DNA from: Camelus dromedarius | Lineage: Eukaryota | Length of the DNA: 64,000 nt | Assembly (NCBI RefSeq): GCF_036321535.1 | Contig: NC_087436.1 | Coordinates: forward strand, 19,222,001-19,286,000 | Reading direction: 5' to 3' | Part shown: positions 11,621 to 25,500 of the stretch, one piece after another | How the letters are laid out: each line of letters begins with the position of its first letter | Position numbering within the stretch: position 1 is the first letter of the stretch | The notes under the pieces: generated by a model | The model's input: the letters and a program-made list of their open reading frames with translations, nothing else | What the model was told of the DNA's origin: nothing | Databases searched by the model: none | Made by a program: the position numbers and the translations under genes

Positions 11621-14600
11621 GAAAAATAAGGATTTTCTCTTAGCTATCAAAATTCTCATCTAGTTTACCGTTGATTTTCTACTACCACCGAATTTCTTCA
11701 ATAATCCATACCTGCATAAAAAGACTTCTGTAGAGAGGCACTCCATGTGCACAGCCAAGTGTATTTCATTTTCTAAGGATAGCAAAGTGAAAACATTTCA
11801 AAATACTACTGTGATAAAATTTCATTTTCTGGTAGTCCTACATCAGAAGTGAATAATTCGAGGTAATACAGTATTGAAGCAGCATGTTGGTGAATCTTGC
11901 TTGTAATGAAGTCCTACTGAACTCAAAATATAGTGAGTTGGTTTTATATAATGCTTGCTTTTATTGAATAAATCTTTCAGAATACAATCCTTATATTAAC
12001 CTTACCTTGTGCCAAGCAAACTTTACAGTCTATTGATTTGTTTGTCATGTGCATTTCAAGATTTTAATCTTAAACTATAAAATTACACTTTTTCAACCAT
12101 CATTTGTTTATGGATTTTGGAGTTGCATCCTATTTTTTATTTCGGTTTCAAAATCTAGCTCGAAGAGTCTTTTAAAACAATAATCTTCTGTTGAGAGCTT
12201 GATTCTTTTAATCCTATTTCTTGAGGTTAATATAAAAATTGAACTCATTTCAATATGATATAAGCTATATATTTAAATTCTATATATTTTTGATTGGGAA
12301 AAATATAAAGTCATGTAATACCAGAAAATCCAATCTAGCAATTTTTTACTCTCATTTCTCGTTACGAAGGATGTATTTTTATAACAAATTATGTCTGCTG
12401 ACATTTTCTTTACCTTTATAAATCGTTGCCTGCCTTGTATTGTTTATGTTGCACATGCACATCTAACTAGTAAACTACACAAAGTTTATCTGACTAATAT
12501 AAATCTTCTACTCCAAGATTGTCAGGATATTTTTATGTTTGTGAGACTCATGCAAATCCATAAGCTCTGATACCCTGGGATGGAATCAAGAGATAATATC
12601 TGTAGTGAGACACAAGAGATGTGACTTCTAATACAAGTCCAACCATTTACTATCTGATCTTCATTTTCTAATTTATTATATGAGCAAATCATTCCAACTG
12701 TACAGGACTATTGAAAGAATTGAGTATGAAAAAAACTGGCACAGTGAGATATATATATAAAAATATGTAAGTAGGTATGAACTATTGATTCAGCTGTTTG
12801 AGAGATGAACTCGAGAAAAGGCAAATCTAGAACTATGCAAAGACTCAGAGAGGGGAAGCTGAAATTCACCCGTGGAAGAGCACTTAGTCTTAGAGAAAAA
12901 AAATTCCTATACATATTTTTCATTATATATATGGCTGAATGTCTTATCTTATTTTCCTAAAGAGGACACATGGTCCTTGGAATAGAGCTTGAGACTGCTG
13001 GTCTCAAGAGATTGTACGATGGAACTTACTTCTATTTATTTGTGTATTTATTAAACAGCTTAAAGCAATTTAAACAATAAGAAGACATATTTATAATGCA
13101 AAAAACAAGGTACTCATAACATCTACATACACAGACCAAGTTTAGAAAAGTTTATTTAGAAAATTATTCATTTGACTATGCTATATCCTTAAGATGCCCA
13201 ACTCTTTATTAGTGAAATGACTGGGACATTGTGGTCTCTACCCATAACTGTTGACTGAAAATTTCTTTAAAAGGAAATATTCTACTGAGTTTAATTTGAG
13301 GGAAGCAGGTAGATTTTAGCAGATCTGGAAGAATATATCAGTTCTGGAAATTATATATCTCTAAAATTGCCCTTTCACAACTGGTTAAATTTGATTAAAA
13401 TACTTTAAAAGTTCTACTACAAAGCATAATGTCACATTTATTTCAAATTAGAGGATTTTAGAAGGAAGTAGGTAAGTTTTATGTTTTAAACATTATTTCC
13501 TTTTATCTCTTGTACTGAAAACTGATACACATTTAAACATTCTTTGCTTTCTCTTAAAGCTAAAATTTTGAGTTAGAATTGTGTTTACTATCCTTGACAC
13601 TTCAAAGAAAAGTAAAAATATATATAATACCTTCAAATTGTAAAATATTCCAATTTTTGAGACTCTCAGTAGATCTAGAATCCCAAGTAGCTATAAATGT
13701 CATTACTAAGATGAGGTGGGGGTGAAATATAACATCTTATTGCAAAAAGATTATTTGAATGTAGTACTGAATTTAAGATTCACTTTCTAGCTTCAGCTAT
13801 CTAGTTATAAGAGGCCCTAAAAGCAGTGGAAATAGCAGGTGATTCCATTCTACATGAAAACCTATAAATTCAATCTTATTTTGACTACCTTCCAGGGTAG
13901 TCTTCCATTAAGAAGAGATTCAGAACCAATGTAAAGGAAGTAAAATGAGCCCTTGGCAGTTTTACCAATAGCTGAGAGCCAGTGACTATGGGATAAACGT
14001 AGTGATGCCCAGACTCAGCCAGATAAAGCCAAATCTAATCTAATTCTTATCTGTTCTAAAGCCCCAGACTGTAATAGCTAAAAGAACAGAAATTTAAACA
14101 GAAAATCATATCATCTCTTTTATTTAAAATATTAAATTTAGTCAATATTTTAAATTATGGATATATCTCAACTATTATACAATGTTTACCAATGGATCTA
14201 GTTTGAGAATGTGCCACATATTTTGCTTGAATTCAATTTACAATACTATTTCAAGAATTTTTCTAAGCTACAGTGAATTCCTTTGAAAAATTACTGCTCC
14301 TCTTTGTTTATAGTTTCAAGCTATACCTAAACACCGAGAGAGTTAGAAATTATTTGGGATAATTCGGAAATTAATTGAAAGGAATCAAAATGTAGAGAAA
14401 TGCTACAAATTATAACCAGGAAATATTCCACTGAGGTTGGCAATAAATGATTATAAAATGATTTCCAAAAGTCCTCACATAATAATTGTGGACTGAGACA
14501 TCTATTTTATTCTGATGTTTATACATTATATTTATAGGGATTCTAACCAGGTTACATTGAGACCAAATACACTTCAGATTTCAAGTTCCTCCTTTTATCA

Positions 14601-14989
14601 TTCAAAGTTGTTGCTGCCCAGCCTACAAATCTTAGAACAGCATTTCAGAATTGCTTTTTACAAAATAGTTATTTGTTGCCCATCATTTTGAAAAATTAAC
14701 TCAAAAATTATGTAGTCTATTTCTTTCCTGATGTTGAATGTGTATTCACATCTGTATGAATGCAAACATAAGATATAGTTGTGCCTGAATGTGGGTATGG
14801 AAGTTACTATTTGATGTATGTACGTGTGCAGCTGCTTCTCAGCAACAGAGAATCTGTAAGAACCTAAGCATGCAGAATACAGAAAGCAAAGTGGAAAGGA
14901 GATTTTTCAACTTAATTCCTACCAAAAGAAAAATTGAGTTAAAAGAAAGGCTAAAGGACATAATGAAATTCTGTCCCTCTCTGAGAATT

Positions 14990-16290
14990 TGGTTGGCATC
15001 AAGGTGGTGACACAGATGTAGTGATAAAGAGAAGTAAACAGACTTGAGATGTATTTTGTACAGAACCAAGACTTGGTGATGGATTGTATTTGAGAATGAA
15101 TAACAAAGAGAAATAAAAGAGAATTCTTAAAATGTTGGCTTGTTGACACTATTTTCACTGGGGAAAAACCAAGGGTTCTATTTTGGATGTATTATCTTAG
15201 ACATTTAAGATGTTTTTTAGATTCTCAACTAGATTTGAAGCAGGAGTTAGTATGTAAGTCTGGATCTCAGAGGGGAGGACTGGGCTGCAGATACACATTT
15301 AGAGTCATAACTTACATATAATATTTGAAGCAGTGGTACTTCATGAAGTAACCTTGAGAGAGCATAAGAGAAGAGAAAAATGAGGTCACTCTACACTCTA
15401 CAATCTCACTCTAAAAGTTGAGATTTAAAAGAGCTAGCATTAGAGGACAGGAAAGAGCACAGAGGACTATGCATCTGTGAGACACTTTATTTCCATTGAA
15501 ATATACAACAAAAATTTTTAACCTTAAAAATGAATGACTAAGCTGTCAAAAAAAATAAGGAAAATATCCAAGGGCTTAAAACAGGATGTTCTTATACATG
15601 AGGAACAGCAAAGGAGTCATTTTGGCTTAAGAGGAGTGAGCAAGAAAACAAATAATAGGATAGTCCCAGAGTTAATTGATGTGTAAGGTAGGAATAATTC
15701 AACAGAGAGGGAAGAAATTTGGAGAAAAAGAGAGGATAATTGGAGCAATGCTCTTGTTTAGGAAAGGGGGGAATGGGATCTACTGCACAAATAGCAGGGT
15801 TGGCCCTTGACAGCAGCATGGACACATCTCCATTGAAACAGGAGTATGGGCACAAGACAAGTAAGGTGAGTAGATATATTGGAAGTTTATCAAAGTTATC
15901 TTTTAATTGCCCCAGTTTTCTTAGTGAAATAAGAAACATTATCTAGCAGTCAGATAGGAAGTTTTAGGAAAAAAGAGAAAATATTGAAATCATTTTCTAG
16001 GAGAATGAAAGAGTATGTGGACTACATCAATTCATGACTATTCCAAGGCAAATCTAATGGGCTACTTGAGGTTAGTGTTCATGAATGTAAAGACCAGTCA
16101 GCATGGTTGTGGTTTCCTTCAAACCAAGTCAAGCTATTTTTTTGGTACAAGGCACCCAGTATGAAGATAGCTGAACTTCACAAGGGTTGGATTTACCAAG
16201 TGTGTACCCAAAATCAAAAAAAGTAAAAAGGAAAGTTAAAGGTATATGAAAAGGATGAATTAATGTGATCATGAATAAAATATTTTTAAA
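14990..16290 (-). mobile_element. L2 LINE fragments
   Basis: L2-like segments AGACTTGGTGATGGATTG, GTCTGGATCTCAGAGGGGAGGACTGGGCTGCAGATA and GGGATCTACTGCACAAATAGCAGGGTTGGCC. Confidence 0.7.
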
Positions 16291-16300
16291 ACCTCAATGG

Positions 16301-17950
16301 AGAAATGCAGAAAAAGCATTTGACAAAATTCAATATCCATCATGATTAAAAAAAAAAAAACCTCTTAATGAAGTGTGATTAGAAGTAACACACCTCAACT
16401 TAATAAAGGCCGTATATGACAATCCCATAGCTAATTAGACTCAATGGTGAAAAGCTTTCCTCTAAGATCAGGGAAAAGACAAGGATGGCCACTCTCCCCA
16501 TTTTAATTCAACATACTTTTGGAAGTCCTAGCCATAGCAATTAGGCAAGAAAAAGAAATAAATGCATCCAAATAAAAAAAAAGTAAAACTCACTATTTGC
16601 AGATAGTATTATTCTGAAAATGATATAGAAAACTCTGAAGATTCCACCAAAAAAAAAAAAGACCCTCTTAGAATTAATAAATTATTCAGTAAAGTTGCAG
16701 GATACAAAATTCATATACTGAAATCTGTTGTGTTTCTATACAGCAATAACAAACTATCAGAAAGAGAAATTAAGAAATAATCCCATTGCTAATTGAATCA
16801 AAAAGAAGTTAATATCTAGTGGAGGGAGGGATAAATTAGGAGTTTAGGATTAACAGATACACACTGCATATATAAAACAGATAAACAAAAAGGACCTACT
16901 GTATAGCACAGGAACTATATTCAATATCTTCTAATAACCTGTAATGGAAAAGAATCTGAAAAAGAATATATATATGTTTATATGTATAACTGAATCACTT
17001 TGCTGTACACTTGAAACAAACACATTGTAAGTCAACTATACTTCAATAAAAATTTTTTAAGAAAAATTTAATACCTAGGAGTAAATTTCACCAAGGAGGT
17101 AAAAGAACTGTATACTGAAAGACATCGATGAAAGACAAGGAATAACAAGTGCTGGCAAGGATGTAAAGAAAAGGAAACCCAGATACACTGTCGGTGGGAA
17201 TGTAAAATGATTCGGTCACTGTGAAAAGCAGTGTGGAGGTTCTCCAAAAAGTAAAAATAAAACTACGAAATGATCCAGAAATTCCACTTCTAGGTATTTA
17301 TCTGAGGAAAATAAAAACAATAATCCAAAAAGTGACGTGTACCCCTATGTTCATTGTAGCATTGTTTACAGTAGACAAGATACAGAAACAGCCTAAGGGT
17401 CCATAGATGGCTGAATGGATAAAGATGTGATAAATATATTGCTCAGCCATAAAAAATAATTTTAAAAATCTTGCCATTTCTGATAATAAGGATGGACCTC
17501 AAGGGTATTTTGCTGTTTGAAATAAGTCAGAGTAAGACACATACCATAAGATTTCACTTATATGTGGAATTTTGAAAAAACAAAGCAAAACAAAACATAA
17601 CTAATAGATACAGAGGAAGACTGGTGGTTGCCAGAGGTGAGGGAGGTTGGGGGCTGGGCAAGATGGTGAAGGGGGTCAAGAGGTATAATCTTCTAGTTAT
17701 AAAATAAATGTCATAGAAATGTAATGTAAGCATGGTGACTTTAGTCAATAATATTGTAATGCATATTTGAAATTTGCTAAGAGAATAAATCTTGTAAGTT
17801 CTTATCACAAGAAGAAAATATTTGTAACTTTGTATAATGACTAGATTTATCCATTTGACAGTTTATACAGATACTGAATTACTATGTTATACACCTGAAA
17901 CTAACATAATGTTATATGTCAATTATACATCAACTTTAAAAAAAAAAATC
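16301..17950 (+). mobile_element. L1 ORF2 RT fragment plus 3' end, with an internal gap near 17130
   Basis: GCAGAAAAAGCATTTGACAAAATTCAA (AEKAFDKIQ); ORF2 C-terminal peptide DPEIPLLGIY...CTPMFIVALFT; 3'UTR and poly(A) at ~17938-17948. Confidence 0.92.
16820..17064 (+). mobile_element. Short young L1 3' end nested in the older L1
   Basis: GGAGGGATAAATTAGGAGTTT...CAACTATACTTCAATAAAA; imperfect TSD AAGTTAATATCTAG (16806-16819) / AATTTAATACCTAG (17065-17078). Confidence 0.88.
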
Positions 17951-18407
17951 TCTCTTTAAAAATGTTAAAAAAAAAGGAAAATCTCCTTTAAAAACATTTC
18001 ATAATAAAATGAGCCATTTTCAACAATACTAAGCTAATGAGATGCAAAGCTTTAATCAATATATTTACATTCAAGATTTTTCAATATTGCCATTACTTCA
18101 ATTTACTGATCACATTTACAGATACACTCACTAGTTTTATTAGAAACATCTGAACAACATATAGCCTTTGACCAAAAATTGTCCATATAACGGAGAACTA
18201 AAGTCCACACATTTCTTAATAATGAAGGCTTAAGCTCTCTGCTCCTGGGCAAATTCACATAATGTGCCTGTAAGCTCTGTTCTGTATCCAAAATTATGAT
18301 TAGTATATTTAATCAATGGTTCCTGTCCTTATTGGGGCTATCAGCATATCAAAACAGTATGTGCTAATTGGACATAATAACAGCTAAGTCTTAGAGCTAA
18401 TATAAAA

Positions 18408-18742
18408 TAATGACTAACATTTATTGAGCCCTTACATGTTAGGTCCCATGCTGAGCAATTTCTAAGCAGTATCTCTTTTATTCCTACAAAGATATCATAA
18501 GTTAGGTGAAGGTGAGCTTACTGGCGGCAGAGACCTTGGCTGCCCTATTCTCCAGTAAATATCAGTGCCTGGCATTGAGTAGCTTTGAATGTATTTATTG
18601 AATAAAGGAACCAATATTACTAGTGCTGCCATTTTACGCATTAGGAAACTGAGGTTTAGGAAGATCAGGAGACTCGGCAGTGAGTGAGAGCTGGCATCTG
18701 AACGCAGGTTTGATTGCAGAATCCATACTTTGAACCACTATC
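18408..18742 (-). mobile_element. MIR interrupted by a short plus-strand L2 3' tail (~18535-18610)
   Basis: CTAACATTTATTGAGCCCTTAC and CCATTTTACGCATTAGGAAACTGAGG (MIR); CAGTGCCTGGCATTGAGTAG...TATTTATTGAATAAA (L2 end). Confidence 0.7.
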
Positions 18743-19024
18743 TTTGTCCTGCTTGGTCAATGACCCCAAATTTTGTGAATTTGGAGGATATTTCTTTTGA
18801 GATTATGTTTAAGTTTGAACCCCTTAAAGATCGGAATTCAGTTGAGTATATCTCTGTTAAGCAAATTGTAGTTTATTTAAGTCAAAAAAATTATAGACCT
18901 ACTCAAGGAAATACTTCCTTTCAATTCCTTAAATAGAAAATATCCTATTTTTCAGAAAGTGAAGATAACACAAGTTTCTGCATCAAGGTGGTAATAGAAA
19001 CCGATGTGCAGGAGGACGTATGGC

Positions 19025-19316
19025 CTTGTTACTCAAAACATTTGGGCATCACCTGGAAGTATTTTAGAAATGCAGCATCTCAGGCCCACCCAGGTCTACG
19101 GGATCAGAATCCGCATTTTGACGAGTTCCCGGGGGTTCTCAACCCAGGGTACACCTTAGAATCCTCAGTCAGCTTTTTAAAAACTACTGATGCAGAGACC
19201 TCATTCCCAGGGATTTGTATTTAAACGGGAAGTAATTGGGGGGCACCCAGACAATGGTATTTTTTAAAAGCTCGCTCAGTGATTTCTAAAGAGTCACCAG
19301 GATTGAAAACCACTAG
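19025..19316. mobile_element. Two adjacent MER5-type DNA transposons (MER5A-like ~19025-19130, MER5B-like ~19131-19316)
   Basis: GGCATCACCTGG...AGAAATGCAG...CTCAGGCCCACCCAG...ATCAGAATCCGCATTTT; GGTTCTCAACCC...GGATTGAAAACCACT. Confidence 0.8.
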
Positions 19317-19339
19317 AATTATAACTTTGAGACATCTGT

Positions 19340-19502
19340 TCTTCTCCCAGTGCCCCCACTAGCTGAACAAATCATCTAACTTCCCTAGGTCTGTCTTTTA
19401 ATCTGTTTAATGAAGGTGATGTATACCCTGCCCACTTCAGGGGAGTTGCAACAGACACAAGAAGCTTTATGAAAGTTTAAAGCATAATGCACGTGTTATT
19501 TT
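19340..19502 (+). mobile_element. MIR SINE
   Basis: TGAACAAATCATCTAACTTCCCTAGGTCTGTCTTTTAATCTGTTTAATG resembles the MIR core. Confidence 0.55.
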
Positions 19503-21437
19503 CATTGTGTTGAACTACACATGTAATTTCTAATGTTCATCATTTGAATGTTATTTTAAGTGACCTAGAATGTGCAGTGTTTTTTTTTTTTTTTTTAGAA
19601 ATTTAGAAATTATTCAAGCAACTAAAAGACATACAAGCTCCTTAAACTTTATAAGGAGTAACAGAGAAATGTCTGAATGGAAGCCTGTCTGAATGAATTT
19701 TTGTGTGACACTGATTATCAGCCCAGAGTGTAACTAAAGTAGTCATTGGAACTAAGGCATACCCACGATGTGACAATATATTTGTTTTGTCCTGCTTAAA
19801 TCACAGCAGAGATTTGAGACTGACTTTCTTTTGTTTTCAATAATGTGTAAAGTGCTTTTGGATCTACATCTTTATTCTGGGCATGTGTGAAAAATATATT
19901 CTTTATCCTTATTTTAGTATCTAAAAGTTATAAATAACCAATGATAGACCCTTGTACTACCTTTCATTATTATATTTTTATAGGTGTGCTTTAATAAAAC
20001 CCTATAATTTATAAAATAAGAAAGAAAGTGTTTAAAATCCTCAAAATCAGGAAAATATTCTGAAACATGATTTAAAAGATTGAGTTTTTGACTTTATCAG
20101 ATACAGTATTTTTTATTTCTTACACGTCAGTGTCTAAAAGGAAAGTAAAAATATTTGCAGTCATTAACATAAACAGTTCATGATGTTATGTCACATGTAC
20201 CTCAGAATTTCAACCGTAAATACTAAGGATTTGATTCAAAACTCTGATATTATAGGGCAATATGTAGTTTTAAGAAAAGAAAAATTTGAAGAGGAGAGAA
20301 ATGCTCAAAAGCAACCGTTTTGTTGCTGAAAGTTAGGCATAGTTAATAGGTTAATTTCTGTTTATTGAATAAGAGAGACCAATGCTGATTGATATAGTAA
20401 TTTCAGTGTTTGCTATGGCAAATATTTAGCTCATTATCAGTTTTAATAGCATTTTGCAGAACAAGCCTTTTCTTGACATCTAGAAAATACTATTAAATTT
20501 CCCTGCATAGATACATTGTTATGACATGCAATAACTACTTGAATATAAAGGGGATTAATAATTTAAAAGGTGTTAACAAATTAGGGCCATCATTAAAAAT
20601 AGACTTTGAACCATTTTGTAGCAAAATCAGATTGAGGTAATGCTCTGCTCTTATGATAAAGAATTACTGCATTAATTCTGCAAAGTGAACTTATTGCTCC
20701 TATTCGTCTCCAAAACCCTGGAGCATTAAAAGACAGGAAGAATGAAATGATCACTGCCTTTTTTTCAGGCACAACAGCTCCAATATTTCCATCACAGTTT
20801 CACAGCTCAGCCGGCCTCGTTGTGTTAATGTGGAGGGGAAAAAAACCTTCAAAATGTCATCTTTTTCTTTAATTTTGCTTTTAGCCTGTCCTATAAAATC
20901 AGGCCAGATTCTCTCAGCCAGTTTATAATAATAATAGAGAATTGTATTTAACTTAGGCAACATCAGTATTGACTACATGGCCTAATACTGTTTTACATCT
21001 TACTTTTTAAAATGTAATCCATGAGTATGGTGGTGATCTTATTTCCCATCTCTTTATTTCTACATTTCCAACTCTTGATGGCTGGAGTTGATTTGGCTGA
21101 TGGGGGTGGCCAAGTGATGTTTCCTTTCTTCACTACTCCGTATACATCCCCCCTAAAATGAAGCACTTTTCCATATAGAGGACAACCCCACAGAAGTTGT
21201 TGTTTGGTCAAGAGAAATTAGTAGCCTCATTTTCCTATTTGATTCTTTACATTTAATATTCAATTTTCTATCCTCTCTCTTTTTTTCTTTTGAAAATATT
21301 ATATATGATAACACATCGATGACACATTTTTAAACACTCTTGTACTCGCTGATAACTAAATTCTCTGTGCAAACTATTGACATAAACTGAAAAGAAAGTA
21401 AAAATCGGAATAGAAATTATAACTGTGAAGCAAGTGT

Positions 21438-21572
21438 TCATAGAAGCATGAAATGTTAAAGCTGAAATGAACCAAGAGTTCACCTTGTCCAACCCTTGAA
21501 TGTTCAAGGTGAGGAGACTGAGACCCAGGCAGGTTAAATAGATTGCTCTGGCACACACGGCTGTGAGTGACA
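21438..21572 (-). mobile_element. MIR SINE
   Basis: GTCCAACCC...GGTGAGGAGACTGAGACCCAG...GGTTAAATAGATTGCTC. Confidence 0.7.
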
Positions 21573-21669
21573 GGTGAGCTCTCTCCATTGTATTTTTGCG
21601 TTATCATCTATCCCTCAGATCTGAAACTCCCAAATTTCTTCATACTCCATGAGCACTTTATTGATCACA

Positions 21670-21903
21670 GCTGTAAAGAAGAATGAATACAGGACTTTGA
21701 GTCATCGGGCCTGGAATTTGAGTCCCAAATTATGCACATATTCTTGGGAAAATTTCTTGCCCTCTTCTTAGTATCAGTTTCCTCATCTACTCAACATGCA
21801 TAGTAACATCCTACCTCAGGGATGCCATGTGAATTAACTGAGATTATATATGTATAGGCGCTGTCAACTAGAAATCATTATACAAATATAAGTTATTATC
21901 ATC
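21670..21903 (+). mobile_element. MIR SINE
   Basis: GGACTTTGAGTCA...CCTGGAATTTGAGTCCC...TCAGTTTCCTCATCT...CCTACCTCAGGG...GTTATTATC. Confidence 0.8.
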
Positions 21904-22124
21904 AGGAAGAAACGTCTGCTTCCACTAAATTAAGGCATTTTGTTATCTGGGAGGGGAATTATTAGTTAGCTAACACGTTAGCAAGGCCTTGAGGCAATGG
22001 GACAAAACAATAAGTTTTCATCTGGGGAGAAGAAAAGGCAGAGAAAGATCTGAGGTGCGAGCAATTAGAGCAGAAGGGTGAGGCTCCAAGGTCGGTTGTC
22101 AAAACCAACAGAAAGACAATGGAG

Positions 22125-22245
22125 GAGCTCTATTTTGTAACTGAGAAAGTGGAGGTTTGGGGAAGCTAAGTATTTTGACCCCAGTGACCCAGCCAGAGGT
22201 GGGTAGATCTTGGACTAAAACCAGGCCTTTCTGATTCCTGAGACT
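22125..22245 (-). mobile_element. MIR SINE fragment
   Basis: CTATTTTGTAACTGAGAAAGTGGAGG...GGACTAAAACCAGGCCTTTCTGATTCC. Confidence 0.6.
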
Positions 22246-22474
22246 GGATATAATTAACTACAAGGGGGATAATTCACAGTATCATAAATAGAAGGACATT
22301 TTTGCACTAGGATCATAAGAAAACATTTTTTTCTTGTGTCAAAATCTAGAGGTGAAAAATAATATGAAGGAAACCTAAGGAAGCCCTAGAGATCTTAATG
22401 TCAACTTGCTGAAACAGTGATAAACTAAATGTTTCGTTTACAGCATGATTGCATGAATGATCCTAAAGGAATTC

Positions 22475-22573
22475 TTTTTTTAATTGAAGTATAATCCATT
22501 GCAATGTGTCAATTTCTGGTATACAGCACAATGTCCCAGTCATGCATATGCATACATATATTCATTTTCATAT
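22475..22573 (-). mobile_element. 99-bp extreme 3' end of an L1
   Basis: TTTTTTTAATTGAAGTATA...TGTGTCAATTTCTGGT; 17-bp TSD with one mismatch, TGATCCTAAAGGAATTC (22458-22474) / TGATTCTAAAGGAATTC (22574-22590). Confidence 0.9.
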
Positions 22574-25500
22574 TGATTCTAAAGGAATTCTGATCGAAAT
22601 TTGTCAATGATATTCTTTAACCTTAATTCATTTAAGAAGTGAACAGCATCTAAATGTTCTAGTGACACTGATTTACCCACCAAGGCTTCCTCCCAATACA
22701 CAACCCTTCTCACAATCCCTTATAACCAAACTAGAGGCTATATTTCCTTCCTGTGTTATAAATTGATTGAGGAAGAGTTATTTAACAATTCATTAAACCT
22801 TGTTGATTTCATCCTCTGCCAAAGATCCCATAAAACCTAATGCTGAAATATATTTATATATAATGTCATTTAATCCAGTTTTGAAAATCACTGCAGTAGA
22901 ATTTAGGAGTTATGAGATTAATGGCTTTCTCACAAACCTACTTTTAAAAACTACTCGTTGAGTTTTCTTGTTTAATTTTTTATCAGATAGGTAGTCCATG
23001 TGCAATAAATATATCATTAAAATACTCATTTAGAAACATTTAACTCTGCCTGTCCCATCCAAGCAATGATACTTCCTCATCCAGTATCAACCCAGTAAGA
23101 ATGTTGCAATGAATTGTAAACTTTATTTTTAAGAGTACCTATTGGTACAGAAATAAAGAAAGAGAAGCAGCAATGAAAACAGTAAATGAAAGGAGGACTA
23201 TGTCCTGTGGTAGATGCCAGGCCAAAGACCAGGCTTGTACATCATGATCTCCTAATCAAAAGCATTTTTTCTCACATGTCAGAATTATTGGCTTACATAC
23301 ATCTTGCTTCTTGTTTGAGGTTCAGTAATTAGGTATTTCTTTAAGTTAACAAACATTCATTTTTAAATGCAAACATTTGTAAGAAGGTTATGGCCATTCA
23401 TTCATGAGAATTGGTTGGTTAATCTGATTGCTTTCTACCTAACATTTAGCTGAGCACAGCTGAACTGAGACCCTGTGAGTCTGAGTAAATAATTTTTTGA
23501 CTCATGCCCTCTCTGCTCCCCAGATGGACTCCATTTCTGAAACCCCCAACTTGCCCTTCACGTTCTGCTCTCCTGGAGAATTCAACTGTCTGACCTGAGT
23601 GTGTGTTTATGACAGAGGCCATATAGTCCGAGCAACAGTCCCCTCAAGAGAGCTGAAGCTTTAAAAACATTTCTGTCAGTGTTATTGACAGTTGATTTAT
23701 ATCCTTTGAATTTGCACTCCTGGATCAAGATTCTTTTTTCTCCCCACCCATAGAGTATCATCATCATTTAAAATGGTAAATCTGGGCAAGTGCCAAGGTC
23801 TGCCCGTCTTTGGAAGGCTGCCTTTCTAATCAATTCACTTGGTTTGGGGCCACATTACAAACCAGATCCACTGCATTAGTGCTGAAGTAGGAACAATGAA
23901 TACCTTGTTATCACTGAAGGATCATGTTCTTATTTCCAAAGATACTTTCAGGGAGACATTACATAAAATGCTCTCATAAAGATAAAAATTAGAGCTTTAT
24001 TTTCAAATTTACCCCATTCTTTGATTTAGAAGTCAAAACCTGGAAGGTTGAATGCATTTTACCTAATTGTGATTTTAGTTTCTTTCAAAGAAATAACTCG
24101 GCATTTAAATTACAATTTAACTTACAGAGAATTACTTTGTATAAAAATTGTGTCTTCCATTTAAATTTACCTTAATACACTTTTTTTTATACTGAAGACA
24201 TAATGCTCTAAATTTTAAAAATATCAGATAATTACACTTGAAAACCTACCTATCTGTACAAGCCTTTAAGGTATACAAGGCTAACTATTTTTAAATAAGC
24301 CCTAAAATTCTTCCAAAGCTTTCGTCACATTTTTATGACTTATAGAATAATGAATATATTAAAATCTGACATAACATTTAATGAAGATTATTTTGGAGGG
24401 AAACACATATAAAAATACTTAAATAATGCTTATGGCCAAACTGAGAATCAACAAGCCTCTGCATGAAAAAGTGAAATAGTTTAATCAGTAAACTGGAAAC
24501 TGATGATCTTTGCGGAGGCGGGGGGTGGAAATGAGAAAAAAAAGAAAAACAATCTCTTTGTAATTGCTGTCACTTTGGGCAGACAATAAGAAAAAACACC
24601 GACATTAGTGTCACCTCAGGACACGATCATCCTTTTTGAACTGAATTTATTCAGTACATTTCTGTTCCTCAGCACCATGTCTCCAAGCATCACTTTGCTC
24701 ATCATTGTTAAGAGCCTCAGTCTGGAGGTGATCCTTTTATTATATTTTGATCATCTGTAGATAAAATGTCAAGCACAAGTGATATAAAAGAAGCAAATGA
24801 TATCTGTGTTTGAACATAATAAAAAAAAAACCCCAAACCCTGTTACCTAACTGAGCCTAGGTATATGTAGTCTCCTAAATGGATTCTATTTTAATTCTAA
24901 AATTAATTATTCTTATTGAAATACTTATTAACCGAATAACCAGGGAACTGCATATTAGTAATACCTTAAGGAATATTTCTTATTGGGGTGACAGAGGCTT
25001 GGAGTTGTGATTGGATAGGATACTATAGTGCCCTCTGCCCCATGAGAGGGTTGAAGGCTGCATCGCTCTCGAGTAGCCCCTTGAGGTTCGCTTAGAGCAG
25101 CATTTCTGCTTCGGAAGAGGCTGTCAGCCCTCTGGGCTACAGGAATATGCTGTTTTTAATAAGAACCTTGCACAAGACGGTAGCTGTGATTTGGAGTCTA
25201 TTTTCTCCCCTCTACCACTGTTGAAATGGAGCAGATCACAAGATGATCGAATACTCAATGGCAAACTAGTTCTGAGCATTAGAAATCATCAAGAACACCC
25301 AATCCATAAGTTAGACTTTCAAAAAAATGATTAAGATTCTTTTGGGGTCTTTCCTCCACTTCTGTGCTCTGGGAACATAACTGTGTTGCACTGCCATAGG
25401 AGAAGGATGGAAATGTTAGAATTAAATTCAGGTCGGTGTCATCACTCTCCTCTCCTCTCCTCTGGCTTAGCAGTAATCAACCCTGTAATTTAGTGTCATC

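Noticed and set aside
9680..16740. Apparent ~400-bp duplication (9680-10095 versus 16301-16740)
   Set aside because: Both are the same L1 RT segment but differ by many substitutions and indels, as expected for independent insertions.
25026..25041. CTCF site (minus strand GGGGCAGAGGGCACTA)
   Set aside because: The 3' half matches but the conserved 5' CC is absent; too weak to call.
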